64,000 nucleotides of DNA from NCBI GenBank assembly GCA_963665525.1, contig OY762280.1, forward strand, positions 3,948,084 through 4,012,083. The letters are read 5' to 3'. The translations under genes and the position numbers were made by a program. Position 1 is the stretch's first letter. Every line of letters starts with the position of its first letter. The DNA is from Bacteroidales bacterium. Its GTDB lineage: Bacteria > Bacteroidota > Bacteroidia > Bacteroidales > UBA12077. Shown one piece after another: positions 1 to 11,800 of the stretch. The notes beneath the pieces were generated by a model. The model worked only from the letters and a program-made list of their open reading frames with translations. It was not told the DNA's origin and ran no database searches.

Positions 1-1770
1 GAAACTTATAAAAGTGTATATCATAGAGATTTGTTTGAGCTTTGGGATTGGCATAGTGTAAGAGTTTATTTAAAACTGAAAGAAGATGTTGATGCTAAAG
101 TATTTGAAAATAAGATTAAGTATTTATTAGATGATTTTCTTGAAGATCGCAATGATGAAATTAAACTCACACCTGTTTGGTTATTTCACTTACGTCAAAG
201 TGACGAAGACGGTTATTGGGCAGTAGTTGTATTGTATGGATCATTAGGATTATTTACATTGCTTCTGGCAGCTATAAATTTTACAAATCTTACTACAGCC
301 TATTCATTAACACGAGCTAAAGAAATTGGAGTGAAAAAAATTGTTGGTTCTTCAAGATTAAATTTGGTGGGACAATTTATTGGGGAATCTCTTATTATGA
401 TTTTTATTTCTTTGCTAATAGCATTTACTATTACTGAAGCAGTTTTACCACTATTTAGTCGGATTGTTTCTACTCCACTTGATATAAGGTATGTCGAAAA
501 TTGGCAATTTACATTGTTCGTTCTTGGAATAACTATTTTGACTGGAATTGTGGCGGGACTTTATCCAGCCTTGGTTTTATCGTCTATTAATCCATTGTTA
601 ATTGTTAAAAATCAAATATTTGATAGTAATAGGTTTAAAAAATTCTCAATGCGTAGAGGATTAATCGTATTTCAAATGGTAATATGTATATTATTTGTAT
701 TAATAACCATAGGTATTCTTAAGCAGTTTAATTATCTACAAAACAAAGAATTAGGATTTAATAAAGAAAATCTACTTATATGTAGTATAAAAAACACAGA
801 AAAAGTAAAAATAAATGAGTTTTCGGCATTGCGCAATGAACTACTTTTGATTCCTGGTGTTGAAGAAACATCATTAGCATACAATACTCCTTTTTATGGA
901 TCAATGGCTCATACCTTGAATTGGGAGGGTGCCCCGGAAGGTGAGAAAATAAGTTGCAGATATAATAAAGCATATGCAACTTTCTTAAAAACTCTGGAAA
1001 TAGAATTATTAGCAGGTAGAGATTTTGATGAAAATAGAATTGCAGATTCCACTGCATGTATTGTAAATGAAACCTTCGTGAGAATATTAGGTTGGAATAT
1101 AGAAGAGGCTATAGGTAAGAGAGTGTGGAATTTACAATATACAATTATAGGCATAACCAAAGACTTTCATCAACAATCTCCTTTTACAAAAATAAGACCT
1201 TATTTTTTATGTAGTCATCCTGGATTTTTGACTGGAAATAAAGTTATAAGCATTCGAGTAGCAGATGCACGAAACAGAAATACTATTAAAAATATTAATA
1301 TCGTTTTGGATGATTTTTTTCCTGATAGCAATTTTGAGCTTACACTGTTCGATGAAAATGCAGATGATGATACCCAGGAAACATTTAGTGCGATAGGGAA
1401 AACTTTTGGATTCTTCTCGGTTATTTCAATTGTAATAGCAATAATTGGGATGTTTGCTTTAGTTGCTTATAGCAGTAAAAGAAAAGTAAAAGAAATAGGT
1501 ATTCGAAAAGTAATTGGAGCTAAATCAACACAAATTTTTGCCGTTATTATGAAAGAGTATCTTAAACTTGTTCTTATAGCAAATATTATTGCTATCCCTC
1601 TTGGATATTTTATGATGAATGCAGATCCTTCCTATTACAAACCAGAAGCAGATTATTCTATATTTGTTTGGGTTGGAATGCTGTCATTCGTTATAATAAT
1701 AGCTATTATTAGTATTCAAGTTCTAAAATCATCGAGGGCAAACCCAGTTGATAGTTTACGTTATGAATAA
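1..1770 (+). CDS. ABC transporter permease, FtsX/MacB-type (5' end lies upstream of the window)
   Basis: The reading frame is open from base 1 (ETYKSVYHRDLFELW...), so the codon at 31 is not the true start. Two FtsX-type motifs are present (KEIGVKKIVGSSR and KEIGIRKVIGAKS), each followed by TM helices, with a large extracytoplasmic domain between them. Confidence 0.85.
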   Translation, partial: ETYKSVYHRDLFELWDWHSVRVYLKLKEDVDAKVFENKIKYLLDDFLEDRNDEIKLTPVWLFHLRQSDEDGYWAVVVLYGSLGLFTLLLAAINFTNLTTAYSLTRAKEIGVKKIVGSSRLNLVGQFIGESLIMIFISLLIAFTITEAVLPLFSRIVSTPLDIRYVENWQFTLFVLGITILTGIVAGLYPALVLSSINPLLIVKNQIFDSNRFKKFSMRRGLIVFQMVICILFVLITIGILKQFNYLQNKELGFNKENLLICSIKNTEKVKINEFSALRNELLLIPGVEETSLAYNTPFYGSMAHTLNWEGAPEGEKISCRYNKAYATFLKTLEIELLAGRDFDENRIADSTACIVNETFVRILGWNIEEAIGKRVWNLQYTIIGITKDFHQQSPFTKIRPYFLCSHPGFLTGNKVISIRVADARNRNTIKNINIVLDDFFPDSNFELTLFDENADDDTQETFSAIGKTFGFFSVISIVIAIIGMFALVAYSSKRKVKEIGIRKVIGAKSTQIFAVIMKEYLKLVLIANIIAIPLGYFMMNADPSYYKPEADYSIFVWVGMLSFVIIIAIISIQVLKSSRANPVDSLRYE

Positions 1771-1793
1771 TATAAATCTTGTTTTTAGAATTG

Positions 1794-1823
1794 ATCCGAA
1801 GTTGTAAGGCTTCGGATTTTTTT
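1794..1823 (+). terminator. Rho-independent terminator after the permease gene
   Basis: The stem atccgaag / cttcggat (8 bp, 8-nt loop) is followed by a run of six T. Confidence 0.75.
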
Positions 1824-1880
1824 AATTATTTATGCTAGCTTTGTTAAACAAAATTGATGAACTTTTGTTTTTAAATATTT

Positions 1881-2324
1881 ATGACAGAGATTGATAATAG
1901 AATTGTTGAGTTTATTAATAAACATCACGTACTTACTCTAGCTACCTCGAAAAATAATATACCTTACTGTGCCAATTGTTTTTATGTGTATTCTGAGGAT
2001 CAAAATATGTTGGTTTTTACTACCGATCATAAAACCAAGCATGCGCAAGATGTTTCTAAAAATAGTATAGTTGCCGGATCAATTGTTTTAGAAACGAATG
2101 TTGTTGGAAAAATTCAGGGAGTGCAGTTTCAGGGAAAAATGTATGAGCCAAAAGATGAATTGTTAAAAGCTGTAAAAGCAAGATATCTAAAAAGATTTCC
2201 GGTTGCCATGTTAATGAAAACTAATTTATGGGTTGTTGAGATAAGTTTTCTTAAATTTACAGATAATCGATTGGGTTTTGGAAAGAAACTATATTGGGGA
2301 AACGAAGCTTCAGAAATAGAATAA
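1881..2324 (+). CDS. Pyridoxamine 5'-phosphate oxidase-fold protein (YhbP/UPF0306-like)
   Basis: 147 aa. The N-terminus (FINKHHVLTLATS...PYCANCFYVY) and the overall pattern resemble the YhbP-type FMN-binding split-barrel family. Confidence 0.65.
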   Translation: MTEIDNRIVEFINKHHVLTLATSKNNIPYCANCFYVYSEDQNMLVFTTDHKTKHAQDVSKNSIVAGSIVLETNVVGKIQGVQFQGKMYEPKDELLKAVKARYLKRFPVAMLMKTNLWVVEISFLKFTDNRLGFGKKLYWGNEASEIE

Positions 2325-2325
2325 T

Positions 2326-3342
2326 ATGATTTTAGTAACAGGTGGAACAGGTTTAGTAGGTTCTCATTTGCTTTTTGAATTGGCACAAAGGAATGAAGAA
2401 GTTAGGGTTATTGTTCGTAACAGGCAAAAAATTAAACTTGTAGAAAAAGTATTTTCATATTATTCCGAAGATTATAAAGAATTAGTTGAAAAGATTCAGT
2501 GGGTAAATGGAGATCTTTTCGATTTAAGTTCTTTATCAGAAGCATTTGTAGGTGTAAATAAAGTTTATCATTGTGCTGCTATTGTATCTATTGGAGGGAA
2601 AAACCCAGATCAATTGATTAATGAAAATGTTGGATTAACAGAGAATATGGTTAATTTATGCCTAGAGAATAAAATCGAAAAGCTTTGTCATGTAAGCTCC
2701 ATAGCGACAATGGGAAATTCTGTAAATGGAGAACTAATTACTGAAGGTACAACGTGGACATCTTCAAAAAATCGTTCGGCTTATTCGGTTAGTAAGTTCA
2801 AATCGGAAATGGAAGTTTGGCGTGGTGTAGAAGAAGGATTAAATGCTGTAATTGTGAATCCATCGGTTATATTGGGGCCAGGGTTCTGGAATTCGGGGAG
2901 CGGAGCTTTGTTTACTAAAGCTGCAAAAGGAATGAAGTATTATACTCAGGGGATAACAGGTTTTGTTGATGTTCGTGATGTTGTTCGTTCTATGATTAAG
3001 TTAATGGAAAGTGACATATGTTCTGAACGATTCATTTTGAATTCAGAGAATATAAGTTACAAACAGCTTTTCGATATGGTTGCCGAAGCTATGCAAGTTA
3101 ATAAACCAAAAAAAGAAGCTTCAAAATCTTTATTAAAACTTGCGGTAGGTTTAGATTCTGTGGCAAGTAGTTTAAAAATAAAAAAGCAAGAAATTACAAA
3201 AGATGTGATACGTGCAAGCACATCGATAACGAAATATTCAAATCAGAAAATTCTTGAGTCTATAGGAATAGATTTTATTCCAGTGGAGACTAGTATAAAA
3301 AAGATTGCACAATTATTTAAAGAAGATATAATAAAGAACTAA
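2326..3342 (+). CDS. NAD-dependent epimerase/dehydratase family (extended SDR)
   Basis: It has an N-terminal Rossmann motif (VTGGTGLVGSHL) and a catalytic YxxxK (YSVSK). The start is 1 nt after the upstream stop. Confidence 0.85.
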   Translation: MILVTGGTGLVGSHLLFELAQRNEEVRVIVRNRQKIKLVEKVFSYYSEDYKELVEKIQWVNGDLFDLSSLSEAFVGVNKVYHCAAIVSIGGKNPDQLINENVGLTENMVNLCLENKIEKLCHVSSIATMGNSVNGELITEGTTWTSSKNRSAYSVSKFKSEMEVWRGVEEGLNAVIVNPSVILGPGFWNSGSGALFTKAAKGMKYYTQGITGFVDVRDVVRSMIKLMESDICSERFILNSENISYKQLFDMVAEAMQVNKPKKEASKSLLKLAVGLDSVASSLKIKKQEITKDVIRASTSITKYSNQKILESIGIDFIPVETSIKKIAQLFKEDIIKN

Positions 3343-3391
3343 TTACAAATCTGTAAAAGTTGTTTATTATTATCAATTAATACAAAATATT

Positions 3392-5542
3392 ATGAGTAAA
3401 GGAAAAAATAAGACAGGAAAGAGGAAGAGCTCAAAAAGATTAAATAAACAAATTCTTACTAATAAAATAATAGGGTTATTTACTAATAACCCAAACAAGA
3501 CCTATAATTATAAGCAAATTGCTAAGCAGTTTGAAGTAAAAGACGAAGGACAAAAAGCCTTAATATCAGCCATACTTTATGAATTACACGATTATGGTAG
3601 TTTGGTGGAAATTTCGCGTGGTAAGTTTAAGTTGGTTACACAAGGTGGTTATATAGAAGGAACGGTAGATTTAACTTTAAAAGGATCAGGTTATATCGTA
3701 TCGGATGATTGTGATGAAGATATCTTTGTGTCGCAATCTAATCTTAATCATGCATTAAATGGTGATTTTGTAAAAGTATATTTATATGCTAAGAAAAGAG
3801 GTAGACAACCTGAAGGTGAAGTTGTTGAAATATTAAAAAGATCAAAAGAAAATATTGTTGGTGTTGTTCAGGTATCAAAGACTTTTGCATTTATGACAGC
3901 AAATAGTAAGCAGATGCCTTACGATGTTTTTATTCCATTACCAAAATTGAAAGGCGCAAAAAATGGTGATAAAGTGGTCGTAAAAATAACTGAATGGCCC
4001 GAAAAATATAAAAACCCTTTTGGTGAAGTAGTAAGTGTACTTGGAAAACCTGGCGAGAATGAAACAGAGATGCATGCGATATTGGCCGAGTTTGATTTGC
4101 CCTATGAATTTGATAAAAAGGTTGAAGACGCAGCGAATAAAGTTCCTGTTGAAATAACTAAAGAGGATTATAAGGCTAGAAGAGATTTTCGTGATATCAC
4201 AACTTTTACAATTGACCCAATCGATGCAAAAGATTTTGACGATGCTTTATCAATACAAAAACTGGAAAGTGGGAATTGGCAGATTGGTGTTCATATTGCA
4301 GATGTGACACATTATGTAACACCAGATTCAATTGTCGATAGGGAAGCATACGAAAGAGCCACATCAGTTTATCTGGTTGATCGTGTTGTTCCGATGATTC
4401 CTGAAAAACTATCAAATTTGGTTTGTAGTTTACGTCCAAATGAAGAGAAACTTTGTTATAGTATTGTTTTTGAATTAGATGATAAAGGTGATGTGCTTGA
4501 TCAATGGATAGGAAGAACGGTTATAAATTCTAACAGGCGTTTCAACTATGAGGAGGCACAGCAGATTATTGAAGGTGGTGAAGGGGATTTTAAAGAAGAA
4601 CTTTTAATCTTGAATGATCTTGCTCAAAAAATACGCGCTAGACGTTTTAAAAATGGTGCAATTTCATTTGAACGTGTTGAAGTTAAATTTGATATTGATG
4701 AAAAAGGAAAACCTCTTGGAGTTTTCTTTAAAGAGCACAAAGAATCGAATCAACTAATTGAAGAGTTCATGCTATTAGCTAATAAACGTGTTGCTGAGTT
4801 TATAGGTCGAGTTAAAAAAGGACAAAAAGCAAAAACTTTTGTGTATAGAATTCACGATAAACCAGATCCAGAAAAGTTAGAACGATTCGCAAGGTTTATT
4901 CAGCGATTTGGATATGGAATTAATACAAGAAACCAGAAAAACATTACAACTTCAATTAATGATTTGCTGGATGAGGTTCAAGGAAAAAAAGAACAAAATG
5001 TTATTGAAACCTTGGCTGTTAGAGCGATGGCTAAAGCAATTTATTCTACTAAAAATGTGGGTCATTATGGACTTTCATTTCCTTTCTATACTCATTTTAC
5101 TTCTCCTATTCGCCGTTATCCAGATATGATGGTTCATAGAATGTTAACGGATTATTTAGAAGATGGAAAAAGCAAAAATAAGTCTAAATACGAGGATAGA
5201 TGTAAACACTCTTCGGAAATGGAACGCAGATCTGCTGAAGCAGAAAGAGCATCCATTAAATATAAACAGGTTGAGTTTATGAAAGATCACATTGGTGAAG
5301 AGTTTGATGGAATAATATCTGGTGTAACAGAGTGGGGATTTTATGTTGAATTGAATGAAAGTAAATGCGAAGGGCTAGTTCATATTCGTGAATTGGATGA
5401 TGACTATTATTTCTTCGATGAAGATGATTATGCAATTATTGGGAAACGAAATAAGAAAACTTACCAGCTAGGTGATCCTGTAAAAATTAAGATCGTACGA
5501 GCCGATCTGGAAAAGAAACAACTTGACTACACCTTGGCTTAA
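3392..5542 (+). CDS. rnr: Ribonuclease R
   Basis: 716 aa. It has a basic N-terminus, cold-shock-like region, RNB catalytic motifs (DPIDAKDFDDALS, HFTSPIRRYPD) and a C-terminal S1 domain (FDGIISGVTEWGFYVEL). Confidence 0.95.
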   Translation: MSKGKNKTGKRKSSKRLNKQILTNKIIGLFTNNPNKTYNYKQIAKQFEVKDEGQKALISAILYELHDYGSLVEISRGKFKLVTQGGYIEGTVDLTLKGSGYIVSDDCDEDIFVSQSNLNHALNGDFVKVYLYAKKRGRQPEGEVVEILKRSKENIVGVVQVSKTFAFMTANSKQMPYDVFIPLPKLKGAKNGDKVVVKITEWPEKYKNPFGEVVSVLGKPGENETEMHAILAEFDLPYEFDKKVEDAANKVPVEITKEDYKARRDFRDITTFTIDPIDAKDFDDALSIQKLESGNWQIGVHIADVTHYVTPDSIVDREAYERATSVYLVDRVVPMIPEKLSNLVCSLRPNEEKLCYSIVFELDDKGDVLDQWIGRTVINSNRRFNYEEAQQIIEGGEGDFKEELLILNDLAQKIRARRFKNGAISFERVEVKFDIDEKGKPLGVFFKEHKESNQLIEEFMLLANKRVAEFIGRVKKGQKAKTFVYRIHDKPDPEKLERFARFIQRFGYGINTRNQKNITTSINDLLDEVQGKKEQNVIETLAVRAMAKAIYSTKNVGHYGLSFPFYTHFTSPIRRYPDMMVHRMLTDYLEDGKSKNKSKYEDRCKHSSEMERRSAEAERASIKYKQVEFMKDHIGEEFDGIISGVTEWGFYVELNESKCEGLVHIRELDDDYYFFDEDDYAIIGKRNKKTYQLGDPVKIKIVRADLEKKQLDYTLA

Positions 5543-5557
5543 TTAAATCAATTTTTC

Positions 5558-5583
5558 GAACAGACCAATTGCTGTTCTTTTTA
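5558..5583 (+). terminator. Weak rho-independent terminator after rnr
   Basis: The stem gaacag / ctgttc (6 bp, 8-nt loop) is followed by tttttatt. Confidence 0.45.
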
Positions 5584-5708
5584 TTCAAATTATTTACTGA
5601 TCTATACAGACCTACTTAAATTATAGAATTTCGAAAAAAACAGTCGAAAAATTTTGCATTCAAGTTTTCAAAACTTAAATTTGAATTAGAACTAAAAATA
5701 TTCGAAAA

Positions 5709-6314
5709 ATGATCAAAGAACATATCGTAAAGAAACAAAAAGCAATAAAACATAAAATTGTAAATATTGCATCCAACGTTTTTAGTAAATTCGGATTTAA
5801 AAAAGCAACCATGGAAGACATTGCTTATGCTGCAGGAATGGGGAAAAGTTCAATTTATTATTATTTTAAGAGCAAAGAGGAAATCTTTGAAGCGGTTGTA
5901 AAAAAAGAAGCTTATGAGTTAAGTTTAGAGATCGAAAAAAGGGTTGTAAATGTAAATGATAACCCAAAAGAGAAGATTAGGAATTATGTTTTTATTCGAA
6001 TGAAATATCTAAAAGAAATGGTCAACTTTTATGAAACTTTAAAAAATGATTATTTAGCTAACCTTGCTTTTACAGAGCGTATTCGAAAAAAGTATGATAA
6101 AGATGAACAGCAAACCATAAAAACGATTTTAGAAGAAGGTGTTAACCAAGGAATATTTAATTTAAATAATACAAAACTTGCTTCTACTGCTTTGGTAACA
6201 TTTTTAAAAGGTTTGGAGACTACAATGCTTATTGATGAAGAGTTGGACTTAAAGGGTTTAGAAAAAAACCTGGATGATATTTTGCAGATTTTATTTTATG
6301 GAATGATAAAATAA
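5709..6314 (+). CDS. TetR/AcrR family transcriptional regulator
   Basis: It has an N-terminal TetR HTH (FGFKKATMEDIAYAAGMGKSSIYYYFKSKEEIF) and sits directly upstream of an RND efflux operon. Confidence 0.85.
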   Translation: MIKEHIVKKQKAIKHKIVNIASNVFSKFGFKKATMEDIAYAAGMGKSSIYYYFKSKEEIFEAVVKKEAYELSLEIEKRVVNVNDNPKEKIRNYVFIRMKYLKEMVNFYETLKNDYLANLAFTERIRKKYDKDEQQTIKTILEEGVNQGIFNLNNTKLASTALVTFLKGLETTMLIDEELDLKGLEKNLDDILQILFYGMIK

Positions 6315-6320
6315 ATCAAA

Positions 6321-7781
6321 ATGAAATTGAGATTTCTTTTTGTACTTTTTTTACCTTCAGTTCTTTTTGCTCAAAATACTCTTAATCGAGACGATTGCAG
6401 AAAAATAGCATTAGAGCATAATCGACAAATAATAATTGCCAATGAAAACTTGTCGATGATGTCAGCATTAAATCGTTCTGCAAAAACACAATATTACCCA
6501 AGGTTTGGAGCAAATGGTGCATATATTAAAATGAGCAAAGAAATTAGCTTGCTAAGTGAGAATATGTTTTTACCTATTGTCCCTTCTGAAGCGATTGTAA
6601 ACGGTAAAATTAGTGAATTAATTTTTGCACTTAATCCTGCTTTATTAGAGGAAACCTTTGTTACGGATGGTAGTGGGAATATTGTTTATGATGAAAGTGG
6701 AAATCCTGTTTTTGAGAATTATGCTTATCTGCCAGGACAAGAGGCTACCTTAGATCTACGTGATGTATTTCTATTTAACATGAGTATGAAACAGCCAATT
6801 TATACAGGAGGTAAAATAAAAGAAATTAATCGTTTAACAGAATATGGAAAGGATTTGTTTAATGCAAAAAGATCATTAACAAAAACTGAAATAATAATTG
6901 AAACTGATCAGCGATATTGGCAGGTTATTTCGTTAAAAGAGAAAGTTAAGCTTACAACGATCTATAAACAGATGATAGAAAATCTATTAAATGATCTATA
7001 CAATATTTACGAAGAAGGAATCATTACAAATAATGAAATACTTAAGGCCAAAGTAAAATATAACGAAGTTGATTTAAAGTTGATGAAAGCAAGTAATGGA
7101 TTAAGGCTTGCGCAAATGGCTCTAAATCAAACATTGGGATTTCCCTTGGATACTATTATTTCTTTATCAGATTCTATTATCCTGGATTATGATTTAGTTC
7201 ATGAGTCGAATATGAAAGATGAGGCAATCAAGAAAAGATCAGAAATAGATATGTTAAATTCTACTATAAAAATTGCCGAATCTGCTGAAAAGATAATGAA
7301 ATCAAGATACTTGCCAAACGTTGGCCTAACAGCAAATTATTTATTTATGAATCCAAATCCATACAATGGATTCGAAAAAGAATTTGGAAGCGATTGGAAC
7401 ATTGGTTTGATAGTCAATATACCAATATGGCACTGGAACGATAAGAAACACACTTTACAAGCTTCTAAACATAAAACAGCAGCAATAAAACAGCAGTATG
7501 CAGAAGCACAGGAATTAATTGCTCTCGAAGTTCAACAATCATTATTTAAGTATACCGAGTCAATAAAAAAGGTTGAATTAACGATGGTTTCGGTACAGCA
7601 AGCAGAAGAAAATCTTAAACTTACTAAAGATAGTTTTGATGAAGGCATTTTAAAAACAACTGATTTGTTGGAAGCACAAACCTTGTGGCAAGAAGCATAT
7701 ACTGAATTTATTGAAGCGAAAACAGAGAATAAACTGTGCGAATCAGAACTATTAAAGGTTACAGGAAATCTGAATCAGTAA
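6321..7781 (+). CDS. TolC-family outer membrane efflux protein
   Basis: It has a signal peptide and two long coiled-coil/beta repeats typical of outer membrane factor proteins. It is the first gene of the efflux operon. Confidence 0.85.
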   Translation: MKLRFLFVLFLPSVLFAQNTLNRDDCRKIALEHNRQIIIANENLSMMSALNRSAKTQYYPRFGANGAYIKMSKEISLLSENMFLPIVPSEAIVNGKISELIFALNPALLEETFVTDGSGNIVYDESGNPVFENYAYLPGQEATLDLRDVFLFNMSMKQPIYTGGKIKEINRLTEYGKDLFNAKRSLTKTEIIIETDQRYWQVISLKEKVKLTTIYKQMIENLLNDLYNIYEEGIITNNEILKAKVKYNEVDLKLMKASNGLRLAQMALNQTLGFPLDTIISLSDSIILDYDLVHESNMKDEAIKKRSEIDMLNSTIKIAESAEKIMKSRYLPNVGLTANYLFMNPNPYNGFEKEFGSDWNIGLIVNIPIWHWNDKKHTLQASKHKTAAIKQQYAEAQELIALEVQQSLFKYTESIKKVELTMVSVQQAEENLKLTKDSFDEGILKTTDLLEAQTLWQEAYTEFIEAKTENKLCESELLKVTGNLNQ

Positions 7782-7791
7782 ATTATTTGTT

Positions 7792-8835
7792 ATGAAAAAA
7801 TATATACACATCTTAATGGTTACAATTTTATCCTTTAGTTGTAAAGATAAGATACATAAAACTGACATAACAGATTCAATAATCCCTGTTGTGGTTACAA
7901 AATCGAAACAAATAAAATTTATTCCAAAGCTTGAGTTTTCAGGAACGGCCTTTGCTAATAAAGAAGCAAATTTGGGAACTGCAATTCCGGGGCGAATTGA
8001 AAAAATTTATTTTAACGAAGGACAAAAAGTAAATAAGGGTGATTTATTAGTAGAACTTTCTTCAGAATTATACATGCAAGCTTTAATTGAACGTGATGCC
8101 TTAAAGAAGGATTTTGACAGGGTAAGTAGATTACGTGAGAAAGGAAGCTTAAGCGAACAAGACTTTGATCATGTGAAAGCAAAATATGATGCTTCAGTTG
8201 CTAAAACCCAGATGATGAAAAAGAACTCCGAAATTAGAGCCCCTTTTTCTGGTATTATTGTAGATCATATTGTTAAAGAAGGAGAGAATTACTTTTTTGC
8301 GCCAAGTCTTAAACCCGGGTATTCAACAACATCAGGTATTATAAAGCTAATGCAACTAAGTGAGTTAAAAGTAGAAATTGAGGTGAATGAAAAGGAGATA
8401 TCTAAAATTAAAAAAGGACAAAAAGCATTGATCATTTTTGATGCTTATCCTGAAACTACATATGAAGGCATCGTCACAAGAATTGATCCGATATTATCTA
8501 CTTTATCAAGAACTACTAAAGTTGAGATTAAGATTATTAATCGTGATTTAAAAATAAAGCCAGGCATGTATGCCAGTGTAAAAATCCAAATGCCCGAACA
8601 AAATGCAATAGTTGTTCCTGTTGAAGCAATATACCGACAAGCTGGTACTGGAAATGATTTTGTTTATGTAATAACAGATCAACTTGCTAATAAAATTCCT
8701 GTGAAAAGAAAATATACTTTAAATAATGAAGTTGTTATTGAAGGGATAGAACCCGATGAAACGATTGTTATAGCAGGCAAAAACAAACTAAACGAAAGTT
8801 CTAAGGTAGAAATTAAAGAAAATAAAAATCAATAA
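7792..8835 (+). CDS. RND efflux periplasmic adaptor (membrane fusion protein, HlyD family)
   Basis: It has a lipoprotein-like N-terminus (LSFSC), a biotinyl/lipoyl-like hairpin motif (KVNKGDLLVEL ... IRAPFSGII) and a beta-barrel domain. Confidence 0.9.
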   Translation: MKKYIHILMVTILSFSCKDKIHKTDITDSIIPVVVTKSKQIKFIPKLEFSGTAFANKEANLGTAIPGRIEKIYFNEGQKVNKGDLLVELSSELYMQALIERDALKKDFDRVSRLREKGSLSEQDFDHVKAKYDASVAKTQMMKKNSEIRAPFSGIIVDHIVKEGENYFFAPSLKPGYSTTSGIIKLMQLSELKVEIEVNEKEISKIKKGQKALIIFDAYPETTYEGIVTRIDPILSTLSRTTKVEIKIINRDLKIKPGMYASVKIQMPEQNAIVVPVEAIYRQAGTGNDFVYVITDQLANKIPVKRKYTLNNEVVIEGIEPDETIVIAGKNKLNESSKVEIKENKNQ

Positions 8836-8855
8836 TATGTTTAAATTGATTTAAC

Positions 8856-11800
8856 ATGAAATTACCCAAGATAAGTGTTAATAGACCAGTTGCTACAATC
8901 ATGGCCTTTATGGCAGTCTTATTGTTTGGATTGGTTTCTTTACAAAAGCTCCCTTTGGATATTATGCCCGAGATGGAGCTTCCTACCTTGACTATTATGA
9001 CCATTTATCCGGGAGCTTCTGCTAATGAAGTGGAAGAACAAGTAACAAAAGTGTTAGAAGAGGTTCTGGCTGGAACCGAAGGTCTAAAAGATATAACATC
9101 TGATTCGCAAGAAAATATTTCCTTCATTGCTTTACAATTTGCCTGGGGTACCAATATAACGGATGCAGCAAATGATGCGAGAGACTTAATGGAACTGGTT
9201 AAACGAAAACTTCCTGACAATTCAGAAAATCCGATTATTTATAAAATAAATTCTTCTCTTTTTCCAATATTAGTATATGGTGTAACGGCCACGGAAAATT
9301 ATTATGGGATAAATAATATTATCAAAGATGAAATTGCAGGCCCGTTAAAAAAAGTAAAAGGTGTTGGTTCTGTGGTTTATATTGGTCAGCCCGAAAGGGA
9401 AATAAAGATTAATATCGATCCACAAAAACTTTCAGCGTATAACATGTCAATTGCCCAGATAGCTAACATTTTAAAGACTGAAAATATCACTATTCCTGGA
9501 GGTAATATAAAAATTGGAATTAGTGATTTAGCCGTGAAGGTTCCTGGTAAATTTGAAAGTGTTGAACAGATTGAGAATATTGTACTGGTTAACTACCAGA
9601 ATTATATTATAAAACTTAAAGATGTAGCTAAGGTTGAAGATGGTTACAAAGAAAAGGATGAGTGGGCTCGATCAAAAAACGGCTTGGGTGTTGCGCTTTT
9701 AATTCAAAAACAATCGGGAGTAAACACCTTAGAAGTGGCTAATGCTATTCGTAGTAAAATGGAAGAGATAAAGCAAAATCTTCCGAGCGATATGGAGGCT
9801 TTTGAGATTATTAATACCGATGAGTTAATAGTGCAGTCAATAAAGAATTTAACCAGAACCTTATGGTGGGCATTGCTTTTTGTTATAATTGTAGTTTTTG
9901 TATTCTTACGCGAATGGAAATCAAGTTTAATCGTATTTCTAACCATACCATTTTCTTTAATTATTGCCTTTGTAGTAATGTTCATTATCGGATATACCAT
10001 TAATATTTTCTCGTTAATGGCTATTGTTATTGCTATAGGAATGGTTGTGGATAATGCAATTGTTGTTCTTGAAAATATTACTCAACATATCGATAAAGGA
10101 TCAAGACCAAAGCAGGCAGCTATTTTTGGATCGAGCGAGATGGGAATGGCTATTACTGCTTCTACAGCAACAACTCTAATGGTATTTATTCCTATGATCT
10201 TTGTAGGTGGAGTGGTTGGACTGTTATTTAAGCAATTGGCAATTATAACATCTGCAACCATGCTTGCATCATTGATTACTTCCTTATCGCTAACACCCAT
10301 GGCATCTGCCCAATTGCTGAAGACACAAAAGAGATCAGATAAAAAATCAAAAACTAAGATTTATCAGTGGACAGAAAACATCTTTGTTCAGCTCGAGAAA
10401 ATTTATAAAGAATCATTAAACTGGGCAATACATCATAAATTCATAGTTTTAATTTTAGCAATTTTTATATTTGCCGGAAGTCTTCTTATAGGCAAAAGCA
10501 TGGGATCAGATTATATTCCTGCCTTTGATGCTGGTGATGTTTATATTGTTTTTGAAACTGAAGTAGGAACCAGTGCAGAAGAAACTGACCGTATTGCACA
10601 GAAAGTTATGGATATCTTTCGTGAAGAGGTACCAGAAATGGTTCCCGGTTCGTTAGCTTCTATTACAGGACAAACCGAAGGAGGAACCTTAAAGTCGGTT
10701 GGTTTTTCCGAAGGAAAAAATGTAAGTACTGTAATTGCACATTTGGTGTTACCAGATGAAAGAGAGAGATCGGCAGCAGAAATTGGAGAAGTATTACGAA
10801 AAAGGTTAGGTGACATTCCAGAGATAGATAAATTTCATGTTACTGCAGGAAGTATAATTTCCGAAGCAATTACTGGTAGTATAAAACCAATTGAAGTAGA
10901 AGTGTCTGGAACGAACTACCAGGAGATGAATGAATTTGCCCGGGATGTTTATAATAATATGATTAACATTCAAGGATTAACAGATGTTCAATCAACAATT
11001 GATGATGGAAAGTTAGAAGTACAAATAGAAATTAATAAAGATAAAGCATCAGCATTAGCTTTAAATACAGCTATGATAGCATTGCAGGTTCGTCAGAGTA
11101 TTTATGGAGCCGAAGCAGGAGATTATAGTGAGATGGGAGAAGATTATAAAATAAATATCAGGTATGCACTGCAGCACAGATCACAAATAGAGAATCTTGA
11201 AAACATCATGGTTACTAATTTAAGAGGTAATCAGATTCCTATTTCTGCAGTTGCTACTATCAAACTAGGAACCGGACCTTTAGCAATAAATCATAAGTCG
11301 CAACAGAGAATTGTGAAAGTTACAGCTAATTTAGAACAAATATCCTTAGGAGAGGCGGCTAATAAGGTTCAATCGTTCATTGATACCATGAATATTCCAG
11401 ATGGTATAGAAGTTCATTTAGCAGGACAAATTTCAGAGCAGGGGGAATCATTCTCAGACCTGTACACCATTCTTATCATTGGTATTTTATTAGTATATAT
11501 GGTGATGGCAGCACAATTCGAATCCATTAAAGATCCATTTATTATTATGTTTGCAATTCCTTTTACCTTGGTAGGTATCATATTAGCATTTTGGATAACA
11601 GGAATAACCCTGAGTGTTACCACTTTTATTGGTGTAATAATGCTAATGGGAATAGTTGTAAACAATGGAATTGTATTAGTTGATTATACCAACTTGTTAA
11701 GAAAGAGAGGATATAAATTACAGGAAGCAGTTTTAGAAGCAGGAAGATCTCGTATGCGTCCGGTGTTAATGACTTCGTTTACAACCATGTTAGGAATGTT